Assembly: GCA_902629855.1 (NCBI GenBank)
Contig: CACOSI010000003.1
Location: forward strand, 6,966 to 70,965
Direction: 5' to 3'
From: an uncultured Fidelibacterota bacterium
GTDB lineage: Bacteria; Fidelibacterota; Marinisomatia; Marinisomatales; Marinisomataceae
DNA length: 64,000 nt
Shown here: one piece after another, positions 56,032-64,000 of the stretch
Position numbering within the stretch: position 1 is the stretch's first letter
Layout of the letters: each line of letters starts with the position of its first letter
Position numbers and translations under genes: made by a program
The notes under the pieces: model-generated
Seen by the model: only the letters and a program-made list of their open reading frames with translations
Database searches by the model: none
Told to the model about the DNA's origin: nothing

Positions 56032-57593
56032 ATGTTGTTGTTTGCCAAATTAATCCAACACTTGGCGACTTTGAAGGAAATCAGAATTTAATTCTCGAGA
56101 ACTACAGTGATGCTATCAAAAAAGGAGCAGATATAGTAGTTTTCCCAGAAATGGCTGTATGTGGATATCCTCCACAGGACCTATTAAATAATAAGGGTTT
56201 TATAGATGCCAACCTTGATGCTATAAAAAATATAAGCAAAAAAACTTCTGTACCTTGTATTGTTGGATATGTTAATAGAGTTGATTCCAAAATTTTTAAT
56301 GCAGCTGCAATTTGTTATCATGGAAGTATTAAGCATATCTACCATAAGATTCACTTGCCTAATTATGATGTTTTTGACGAACAAAGGTATTTTACTAGTG
56401 GAAAAGATATAGGACTTTTCTCAATTAATGTTAAAGAAAAAGAGATTAAGCTTGGATTACAAATATGCGAAGATTTGTGGGACGATGTCTATGATAGAAA
56501 AATTTCTGCTGAACTTTTAGAATTGAAACCTGAAATCATTATAAATATATCTGCATCTCCTTATGCACAAAATAGGTTTGAAGACAGAAAGAGTCTGATT
56601 GAGAGAAAATTTAAAAATGTGAATTGTCCCTTTGTTTACTGTAATACTGTCGGTGGTCAGGATGAATTAATTTTTGATGGAAATTCAATGATTTTTGATA
56701 AAGATATGATGATTATTGAAAAAGGAAAAAGTTTTAGTGAAGATTTAATTATTTCAGACTGCAAAACAAAAAGTAAAATTGAAAAAAAATCAAATGAAAA
56801 TGAGATTTATGATGCTCTTGTTCTAGGTATCAAAGATTATTTCAAAAAAACAGGACACTTGAAAGCAGTCATTGGTTTAAGTGGTGGAATTGATTCGGCA
56901 CTAGTATCATGCTTAGCTGTTGATGCTTTGGGATCAGAAAATGTTCATTTAATATCAATGCCATCAAGATTTTCAAGCGATCATAGTAAAGACGATGCAA
57001 TTAAATTAGCAAAAAACCTAAATGCAAATTTTGAGATGATTAATGTAGATGGTTTATTTCAAAATTATTTAGATACACTGAAAGACACTTTTAAAGGAAC
57101 ATCTCCAAATGTAGCTGAGGAAAATATTCAATCAAGAATAAGAGGAAATATTTTAATGGCTATTTCAAATAAATTTGGCTCTTTAGTTTTGTCAACTGGT
57201 AATAAAACTGAGTTAGGATTAGGTTATTGTACACTCTATGGAGATATGAGCGGAGGTTTATCTGCTATTGGAGATTTAAATAAGAAAGAAGTCTATAATC
57301 TATCAAAATGGAAGAATAGAAATAATGAAATCATTCCTAAAAACATTATTAATAAAAAGCCATCAGCTGAGCTTGCTCCAGAACAATATGATCCATTTGA
57401 TTATGATAAAATTAGTCCTGTTGTAGATGATATCATTCTTGGTTCAAACGTTCCTGTAGAAAATATTGATCTTATTAAAAAAGTCAATATAAATGAACAT
57501 AAAAGAAGGCAAGCTGCACCTGTTCTTAGAGTTAGTAAAAAGGCTTTTGGTATTGGTAGAAGAATTCCAATTGTGAATCACTTCAATGATTAA
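56016..57593 (+). CDS. nadE: Glutamine-dependent NAD+ synthetase (nitrilase domain plus NadE domain)
   Basis: N-terminal CN-hydrolase (VFPEMAVCGYP, ICEDLW). C-terminal synthetase GLSGGIDSA and STGNKTELGLGYCTLYGDM. GTG start. Confidence 0.93.
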   Translation: MSKNLNVVVCQINPTLGDFEGNQNLILENYSDAIKKGADIVVFPEMAVCGYPPQDLLNNKGFIDANLDAIKNISKKTSVPCIVGYVNRVDSKIFNAAAICYHGSIKHIYHKIHLPNYDVFDEQRYFTSGKDIGLFSINVKEKEIKLGLQICEDLWDDVYDRKISAELLELKPEIIINISASPYAQNRFEDRKSLIERKFKNVNCPFVYCNTVGGQDELIFDGNSMIFDKDMMIIEKGKSFSEDLIISDCKTKSKIEKKSNENEIYDALVLGIKDYFKKTGHLKAVIGLSGGIDSALVSCLAVDALGSENVHLISMPSRFSSDHSKDDAIKLAKNLNANFEMINVDGLFQNYLDTLKDTFKGTSPNVAEENIQSRIRGNILMAISNKFGSLVLSTGNKTELGLGYCTLYGDMSGGLSAIGDLNKKEVYNLSKWKNRNNEIIPKNIINKKPSAELAPEQYDPFDYDKISPVVDDIILGSNVPVENIDLIKKVNINEHKRRQAAPVLRVSKKAFGIGRRIPIVNHFND

Positions 57594-59367
57594 AAATCAT
57601 TCAATAAGAAATTTTTGCATTATTGCTCACATTGATCACGGCAAGTCAACTTTAGCAGATAGATTGCTAGAACACACAGGTACAATTTCGAAAAAGAAAA
57701 TGCAAAATCAAGTTCTTGATAATATGGAGCTGGAAAGAGAAAGAGGTATCACTATTAAGAGTCATTCAATAAGAATTGATTATAAAGATCATATTCTTAA
57801 TTTAATTGATACTCCGGGGCATGTTGATTTTACATACGAAGTTTCAAGGACTTTATCTGCAAGTGAAGGTGCATTATTAGTTGTTGATGCTGCTCAAGGT
57901 ATTGAAGCTCAGACTGTTACAAATTATCTACTGGCAGTTGAAAATGATTTAGAAATCATACCAGTAATAAATAAGGTTGATTTACCCAACGCTGATATTG
58001 AGAATGTAACAGCCCAAATCATTGAAATGGTTGGTTGTAATGAGGAAGATATTTTAAAAACAAGCGCCAAAACCGGTGAAGGAATTGAAGAAATAATTGA
58101 TGTTATTATTAATAAAATTCCGCCTCCTACCTTACCAAAAAATGATGAATTTAAAGGTTTAATCTTTGATTCTATTTATGATAAATACAGAGGTGTTGTT
58201 GCTTATGTTAGGGTTTATGAGGGTTCAATTAAAAAAGGTAGCAGGATTAAGTTTTTTGCCCATGATACCCACTATGATGTAGATGAAGTTGGACATTTTA
58301 TAATTGATAGAAAAAAATCCGATAGTATTCAGGCAGGTGAGGTTGGTTATATAATCGCAAATATTAGAGATATTGAACATGTTTTAGCAGGTGATACTGT
58401 TACTAATTTTAACAAGCCCTGTAAAAACGCACTACCTGGATTTCAAAAAATTAAACCAATGGTTTTTTCAGGTTTATTTCCATCAGATGCAGGAGATTAT
58501 GATGATTTAAGAACTGCACTTGAAAAACTTAAGCTCAATGACGCTTCTTTATCATTTGAGCCAGAGGTAAGTGATGCATTAGGATTTGGTTATCGATGCG
58601 GTTTTTTAGGATTACTTCACATGGAAATTATTCAGGAAAGACTCGAGAGAGAGTTTGATCTTTCAATAGTAACAACAAGTCCAAATGTAAAATATTTAGC
58701 CAATCTTAGAGATGGATCAAAAGTTGAAGTTCAAAGACCTGCTTTATTACCTGAACCTAAGTACCTTGAAAGTTTAATGGAGCCAATTGTTACAGCAGAA
58801 ATATTGACCCCCGTTGACTATATTGGTAACGTTATGAAAATATGTGAAGAAAAACGAGGTAAGTACAAGTCAACATCTTATCTATCCAAAACTAAAGTTC
58901 AATTAATTTATGAACTTCCTCTTGGGGAAATTCTATTTGATTTTTATGATAGAATAAAGTCAGGTTCAAAAGGGTATGCTTCTTTTGACTACACATTTAA
59001 AGAGTATAGAGAAAGTAAGTTAGATAAGTTAGATATTTTAATAAATAAGGAACCTGTTGATGCTCTTTCAATGATATGTGCAAAAAAAGATTCTTATCAT
59101 AGAGGGCTTGCATTGTGTCAAAAACTCAAAGAATTAATTCCAAGACACCAAATACAAATTCCCATACAAGCTTCAATAGGTTCAAGAGTTATTGCTCGTA
59201 CAAATATTGCACCTTTCAGAAAGAATGTAACAGAAAAGTTATATGGAGGTGATGTTACAAGAAAAAATAAGCTTCTTCAAAAGCAAAAAAAGGGAAAAAA
59301 GAGAATGAGAATGATTGGAAGAGTGGAGGTTCCTCAAGAAGCACTTTTAGCTGTATTAAAAATTTAA
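57586..59367 (+). CDS. lepA: Translation elongation factor 4
   Basis: IRNFCIIAHIDHGKSTLADRLL, DTPGHVDF, NKVD, and LepA C-terminal region motifs. Confidence 0.97.
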   Translation: MIKNHSIRNFCIIAHIDHGKSTLADRLLEHTGTISKKKMQNQVLDNMELERERGITIKSHSIRIDYKDHILNLIDTPGHVDFTYEVSRTLSASEGALLVVDAAQGIEAQTVTNYLLAVENDLEIIPVINKVDLPNADIENVTAQIIEMVGCNEEDILKTSAKTGEGIEEIIDVIINKIPPPTLPKNDEFKGLIFDSIYDKYRGVVAYVRVYEGSIKKGSRIKFFAHDTHYDVDEVGHFIIDRKKSDSIQAGEVGYIIANIRDIEHVLAGDTVTNFNKPCKNALPGFQKIKPMVFSGLFPSDAGDYDDLRTALEKLKLNDASLSFEPEVSDALGFGYRCGFLGLLHMEIIQERLEREFDLSIVTTSPNVKYLANLRDGSKVEVQRPALLPEPKYLESLMEPIVTAEILTPVDYIGNVMKICEEKRGKYKSTSYLSKTKVQLIYELPLGEILFDFYDRIKSGSKGYASFDYTFKEYRESKLDKLDILINKEPVDALSMICAKKDSYHRGLALCQKLKELIPRHQIQIPIQASIGSRVIARTNIAPFRKNVTEKLYGGDVTRKNKLLQKQKKGKKRMRMIGRVEVPQEALLAVLKI

Positions 59368-59368
59368 A

Positions 59369-60064
59369 ATGATAAAAGACTATTTCTCACAATCAAAGTC
59401 TCCTTATTACAGTTTTTTAATTACTCTTCCTCTTTTTCTAATTTATGAGTTAGGAATTTTTTTCTTTTTTAATTCAGAAATATCTTACGTAAAAAATGGT
59501 GCAGATGTTTTGATCGAAAAATTCATATCAGGCATCGGATTGAATGCATATTATGTGTCAACATCTATATTTTTTTTAGTCTTCATTTATATAGCATATA
59601 GACAAAGAAGTTCTTATAAGTCATATAAAATTCATGGAAGATATTTTTCATTTATGTTTTTAGAATCAATTCTTTATGCTCTTTTTCTTTTATTTTTAAT
59701 GAAAAATATTTATTTAATGGAAGGTTTGACGTCAAATATAATTTTTAATTTTATACTTTCAATTGGAGCTGGTATCTATGAGGAATTAATATTTAGAGTT
59801 TTAATGATTTTTATTCTCACAAAAGCACTGAGTTTTATATTTAAATTTAGCAAAATAATAGTTTTATCATTATCCGTTATGATAAGTTCTTTCCTATTTT
59901 CAGCTTTTCATTTTTTGGGAGTTGAAATATATACATTTGATGCACTTTTGATAAGGAGTTTAGCTGGTATTTATCTATCATTGATATATATTTATAGAGG
60001 CTTTGGAATTGTTGCTCTTACCCATGCATTTTATGATTTATTTGTAATTTTTCGATTAACTTAG
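59369..60064 (+). CDS. CPBP family intramembrane glutamic endopeptidase (CAAX protease / Abi fold)
   Basis: GAGIYEELIFRVLM (EExxxR), FSAFHF (FxxxH), and a distal H in THAFYD. Confidence 0.82.
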   Translation: MIKDYFSQSKSPYYSFLITLPLFLIYELGIFFFFNSEISYVKNGADVLIEKFISGIGLNAYYVSTSIFFLVFIYIAYRQRSSYKSYKIHGRYFSFMFLESILYALFLLFLMKNIYLMEGLTSNIIFNFILSIGAGIYEELIFRVLMIFILTKALSFIFKFSKIIVLSLSVMISSFLFSAFHFLGVEIYTFDALLIRSLAGIYLSLIYIYRGFGIVALTHAFYDLFVIFRLT

Positions 60065-60067
60065 CGT

Positions 60068-60793
60068 ATGAAAAAAATATTAATTTTTTTTACCTTCATT
60101 AGTGGATTAATCTGTCAAACAACGATTGATACTTTATCTGTTACAGTATACCCTGAATTTTCATATCCTGGTGTTGCTATTGAGTATAAGTTTGATAAAA
60201 ATTCTAATGATAATTTTATTTTTCCTGTACCAACCCAGGTAGATTCTGTATTATATACAGTAACAAGTCAGGATTCAGACTTTGAAGAAATTATTGAAGT
60301 AGAAAATAATAGTTTAAAATCTTTAAATCAAAACGGTAATCATACCATTTATCTTTTTTTAGATAAATATATTAAAAATCCTGGACCACGTGACTTTTCA
60401 TATTTATTTAGTTCAAATCAAGATATAAATACATTGATTCTTGGAGTTCAAATTCCATTTGCATCAGAAGACTTTAATGTAGAGTCATCAAATATAACTT
60501 TTGAAAAAGTTAGAGATCAAAATGGTTTAACATTTTTTCAATCAATAAGTAATAATTATCTAAAAAATAAGTCATCAGATATATATCTTAGTTATTACAA
60601 TCCTCATGGAAATACATCGATTGAATATGCAGCAAATATTAGTACTCAAGATACTGACGTTGAGGTGCCAAAGGTTGCAAGTGATAGGTTTGTTAGATAT
60701 CCTTTTCTTACATGGGAACCAATGATTATTTTTATACTCTTAACTATATTTATGGTATTATTTTATGAGATAAACCTTAGAAAAAATGATTAA
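60068..60793 (+). CDS. Hypothetical exported protein with C-terminal TM anchor
   Basis: Signal peptide MKKILIFFTFISGLICQ. C-terminal helix MIIFILLTIFMVLFY. No family recognised. Confidence 0.5.
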   Translation: MKKILIFFTFISGLICQTTIDTLSVTVYPEFSYPGVAIEYKFDKNSNDNFIFPVPTQVDSVLYTVTSQDSDFEEIIEVENNSLKSLNQNGNHTIYLFLDKYIKNPGPRDFSYLFSSNQDINTLILGVQIPFASEDFNVESSNITFEKVRDQNGLTFFQSISNNYLKNKSSDIYLSYYNPHGNTSIEYAANISTQDTDVEVPKVASDRFVRYPFLTWEPMIIFILLTIFMVLFYEINLRKND

Positions 60794-61775
60794 AATATTA
60801 TTTATATTACTGTTTTTAAACTTGTATTCTTGTGACTACAAACGTGATGCCATTGGAGGTAATGATGACATTGTTGTGCTTGCAGCAAAAGAGGACAGAC
60901 AAAGAGTCCAAGAGTTATTATCCATTGTTTTTAATGATACCTTAAAAACTCCATCACCAGAAACATTTTACAATATAAAATTTGCTGAACCTGAAAGTTT
61001 TAGTGCATTGAAGACTCAAACTAATCTAGTTATTGCATCAATTGGAGATTATGATTTGAATCCAGGAACAAAACTTGTTAAAGGTTTATTGGGAAATAAA
61101 AAATATAACGATACTCTCATTTCAAATCCTGTAGTTTTATCAAAAAATCAATTTGCAAAAAATCAATTATTTATGATTATAAGTGGTAAAGATGCCGAGC
61201 AAATTAAACTATATTTTGAAAATAACGGGGAATATATAAAAAAAATGTTCGATGATAATTTTTTTTCAAAACAAGCCCAGTATTTTCTTGAAAATGAAAG
61301 ACAAGAAGATATTGAGCTAGCACTTGAAAGCGATTATAATTGGACAATGAAAATCCCATGGGGCTGGGAAGTTATCAGAAATGATTCAGAATCCTCATTT
61401 TTTTGGATTGGCCAAGAGCTGCCTTTTAGGTGGATATCTGTTCAATGGAGGAATGGTAACTTTTTTTCTTACGAAGATGCTTTAGATTATATTCAAACTT
61501 TTCCTCAAGAAAATTTCAAAAATGTTAGATATAATTTAGATTATGTTGATATTGAATTTATTGATTTTGCAGACGATGCTGCATACAGAATTTATGGACT
61601 TTGGGAGGCAACTGAAGACGCTAAGGGCGGACCTTTTGAGGGATATTTATTTTATGATTATGATAATGATAGAACATTTTATGTAAGTTTTCAGGTATTT
61701 AATCCAGGTGGTAAAAAAGCATTTTATATGAGGCAAATGGAAATGATTGCAAAAACAGTTACAATAAAAAAATGA
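60786..61775 (+). CDS. DUF4837-like lipoprotein
   Basis: Lipobox LNLYSCD, then GGNDDIVVLAAKED...PSPETFYNIKF...TNLVI. This resembles the Bacteroidota DUF4837 N-terminal pattern and length. Recollection-based. Confidence 0.45.
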   Translation: MIKILFILLFLNLYSCDYKRDAIGGNDDIVVLAAKEDRQRVQELLSIVFNDTLKTPSPETFYNIKFAEPESFSALKTQTNLVIASIGDYDLNPGTKLVKGLLGNKKYNDTLISNPVVLSKNQFAKNQLFMIISGKDAEQIKLYFENNGEYIKKMFDDNFFSKQAQYFLENERQEDIELALESDYNWTMKIPWGWEVIRNDSESSFFWIGQELPFRWISVQWRNGNFFSYEDALDYIQTFPQENFKNVRYNLDYVDIEFIDFADDAAYRIYGLWEATEDAKGGPFEGYLFYDYDNDRTFYVSFQVFNPGGKKAFYMRQMEMIAKTVTIKK

Positions 61776-62482
61776 AAAAACTAATCATACTTCCAACATA
61801 TAATGAATCAAAAAATATAAAGAAAACTATAGAGTTAATAAATAATCAACAATCAGGTTCAGATATTTTAGTCATTGATGATAATTCCCCAGATGGAACC
61901 GCAAGAAAAGTTGAGGATTTAAAACTCAAAAACATTTTTTTGATTGAGAGGGAATCTAAGCAGGGACTGGGATCAGCTTATGTTAAAGGTTTCAAATGGG
62001 CATTAAGTAATAATTATGATAGAATTATTCAAATGGATGCTGATTTATCTCACGATCCTATTGAAATTAATCCTATGTTTCAGCTATTAGATAATAATGA
62101 TTTAGTTATTGGAAGTAGATATATTGGTGGTTTAAGGGTAATAAACTGGCCAGTTAGCAGATTATATATAAGTTATTTTGCAAATATTTATGCAAGGATT
62201 ATAACTGGTGTGCCAGTCAAAGATCTTACTGCAGGGTTTAAAGCTTGGAAATCAGATACATTAAATAAAATAAATATTGAAGAATGTTTATCCCAAGGTT
62301 ATTGTTTTCAAATTGAAACATCATTTAGGGCACATCAAAAATCTTGTAAATTGATTGAGCATCCAATAGTTTTTACTGATAGAACTGTTGGTGAATCAAA
62401 AATGAGTAAATCTGTAATGATTGAAGCTATTTTTAAAGTATGGTTACTTGGATTTTGGAGATTATTTAAATTAAAAAGATGA
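61772..62482 (+). CDS. Polyprenol-phosphate mannosyltransferase-like GT2 glycosyltransferase
   Basis: IILPTYNESKNI, VIDDNSPDGT, QMDADLSHDP, GSRY... Confidence 0.88.
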   Translation: MKKLIILPTYNESKNIKKTIELINNQQSGSDILVIDDNSPDGTARKVEDLKLKNIFLIERESKQGLGSAYVKGFKWALSNNYDRIIQMDADLSHDPIEINPMFQLLDNNDLVIGSRYIGGLRVINWPVSRLYISYFANIYARIITGVPVKDLTAGFKAWKSDTLNKINIEECLSQGYCFQIETSFRAHQKSCKLIEHPIVFTDRTVGESKMSKSVMIEAIFKVWLLGFWRLFKLKR

Positions 62483-63426
62483 TGAAAAAACATTACCTAC
62501 CATTTGAAAAACCTCTCAAAGATTTAGATATTGAAATTGAAAAAATTATCTCAAGTAATCCAGAATCCGATGATATCAGTTTGTTAAATCAAAAGCGAAT
62601 CGAGATTGAAAAAGAAATTTTTAGAGATTTGTCTCCATGGGAAACAGTTCAGCTAGCAAGACATCCAAATAGACCTTACACGCTAGATTATATAGAAAAA
62701 TGGTGTGAAAATTTTACAGAACTACATGGTGATAAGGCTTACTCTGATGATAATGCAGTAGTTGCTGGAATAGGGAAAATAGACGGATTAAAACTTGCTA
62801 TAATAGGACAACAAAAAGGAAGAAATACAAAAGAAAATATTCAAAGAAATTTTGGCATGATGAAGCCTGAGGGCTATAGAAAAGCTCTAAGGGTAATGAA
62901 GCTTGCAGAAAAATTTAATTTACCAATCTTAACTCTAATTGACACTCCGGGTGCAGATCCAGGTATTGGTGCAGAAGAGAGAGGTCAAGGTTATGCTATT
63001 GCAAACAATTTATTCGAAATGGCATCAATTGAAACACAAATACTTTCAGTGGTGATTGGTGAAGGCGCTAGCGGAGGAGCATTAGGTATTGGCCTTTGTG
63101 ATAAAATGATTATGCTAGAACATACTTGGTTTTCTGTGATTAGTCCTGAAGGGTGTGCTTCAATACTATGGAAGGACTCTACAAAAGCCCCAGAAGCTGC
63201 AGATTCACTAAAATTGACACCAAAAGACCTAATGGAACATAATATTTGCAATAGCATTGTATACGAGCCACCTGGTGGTGCTCATCGGCATTTTGAAGAA
63301 ACTGCTGAAATACTTAAGAATGCAGTTATTGAAGAAATAAAAAATATGCAAAAAAATATAACTAAAAATTATTTGGATTTAAGAGTAGAAAGATACGATA
63401 AGCTTGGAGTCTTTAGGGAAGATTAA
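62479..63426 (+). CDS. accA: Acetyl-CoA carboxylase carboxyltransferase subunit alpha
   Basis: LARHPNRPYTLDYI, FGMMKPEGYRKALR, IDTPGADPG, and GEGASGGALG. Confidence 0.96.
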   Translation: MMKKHYLPFEKPLKDLDIEIEKIISSNPESDDISLLNQKRIEIEKEIFRDLSPWETVQLARHPNRPYTLDYIEKWCENFTELHGDKAYSDDNAVVAGIGKIDGLKLAIIGQQKGRNTKENIQRNFGMMKPEGYRKALRVMKLAEKFNLPILTLIDTPGADPGIGAEERGQGYAIANNLFEMASIETQILSVVIGEGASGGALGIGLCDKMIMLEHTWFSVISPEGCASILWKDSTKAPEAADSLKLTPKDLMEHNICNSIVYEPPGGAHRHFEETAEILKNAVIEEIKNMQKNITKNYLDLRVERYDKLGVFRED

Positions 63427-64000
63427 TAAAAATCGTATCTATAATCTTCAATATCAGATTCTTCTTTAAGCGCTTGGAGCCAATTACTCCACATAGAATT
63501 TTGTCTACTTATAATTAGACTTTCCTTAATTGCTTGTTTTTTTTCATCAAAATCAGCCTCATTGACAAGACCAATATTTAAAACTTTAACAAATGCTTCT
63601 CCTCGAATTGTTGGAAGTGGACCAAGTAAATCTCCTATTTTAGCATTCTTTAAAGCTCCAACTACGTAGTTACTCTTTCCAATAGATTGAAAGCTACCAT
63701 TTAGTTTAGATGTAACGCTGTTCACATACTCAAAGTTTTCATTTAGTTCCGCAACATTACTTAAATCAGTATTGCTGTTAATTCCAAGTGATTCGGCTAA
63801 AGATTTAATTTGTTCTTTCGTAAGTTCATTTTCGAACTTCAGTGTTAACTCCTCTCTTACATCATCGAGTGATTTAACTGTTTTATCTTTAATTTTATCT
63901 AGGTAAAAAACTAAGAAAAAGTTATCATTTTTTACGGGTTCAGAAATTGATCCTACATCACTTCTAAATGCAAAATTCACTGCATTCCTAGCAACTCCGA
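63423..64000 (-). CDS. PpiD/SurA-like periplasmic chaperone / peptidyl-prolyl isomerase, C-terminal part; gene continues past the right window edge
   Basis: The reading frame stays open upstream of the track GTG (63980) to position 64000. GSISEPVKNDNFFLVFYL resembles the end of a parvulin domain. The C-terminal WSNWLQALKEESDIEDYRYDFY tail is typical of PpiD-like proteins. Motif-level only. Confidence 0.5.
   Translation of the reverse strand, partial: GVARNAVNFAFRSDVGSISEPVKNDNFFLVFYLDKIKDKTVKSLDDVREELTLKFENELTKEQIKSLAESLGINSNTDLSNVAELNENFEYVNSVTSKLNGSFQSIGKSNYVVGALKNAKIGDLLGPLPTIRGEAFVKVLNIGLVNEADFDEKKQAIKESLIISRQNSMWSNWLQALKEESDIEDYRYDFY

Noticed and set aside
1-64000. CRISPR arrays, tandem repeats, IS elements, integrases, tRNA/rRNA/tmRNA genes
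   Set aside because: Reading through all intergenic gaps showed no regularly spaced repeats, no cloverleaf-capable GC-rich segments and no transposase- or integrase-like ORFs. All gaps but one are 136 bp or shorter. A computational scan (tRNAscan, Infernal, a repeat finder) would be needed to exclude small or degenerate elements.

Overview
This is a 64-kb chromosomal segment that looks AT-rich (about one-third G+C by eye, not computed) and is very gene-dense. I support 63 protein-coding genes, two of them cut by the window edges, plus 2 clear bidirectional intrinsic terminators. I recognised no rRNA, tRNA, CRISPR array, IS element, transposase or integrase. Many neighbouring genes share 1-4 nt stop/start overlaps (TAATG / ATGA), as in streamlined marine bacterioplankton. 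Lineage is inference only: a type-A T9SS C-terminal sorting domain, a CarboxypepD_reg-type TonB-dependent receptor, a short Bacteroidota-style RpoD, and DUF5683 / DUF4837-like / LptE-like lipoproteins point to the FCB superphylum (Marinimicrobia/SAR406-like or a relative). Main content, left to right: class II RNR (partial); a fused IOR-type 2-oxoacid:ferredoxin oxidoreductase; a T9SS-sorted metalloprotease; a TonB-dependent receptor; an acyl-CoA cluster with a split ACAD10/11-like kinase+dehydrogenase pair; a blue-tuned (Gln105) proteorhodopsin as a lone reversed gene; rpoD and der; the glyoxylate shunt (aceB-aceA); pepA; a small phage-type islet (PD-(D/E)XK nuclease, Gp157-like protein, ICMT-like membrane protein); pntAA-pntAB-pntB transhydrogenase. 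After that comes a long + strand housekeeping run: alaS, guaB, fldA, rpsT, meaB, tatC, LPS core genes, uvrB, a sensor-less sigma54 activator, asnS, nadE, lepA, accA. The most unusual items are the phage-type islet at 31.1-33.1 kb, the ACAD10/11-like cassette at 13.6-17.1 kb, the proteorhodopsin context, and an Ala/Gly-rich insertion in the TonB receptor. None is a demonstrably new system from sequence alone. All family calls rest on motif recognition by eye, with no database search.
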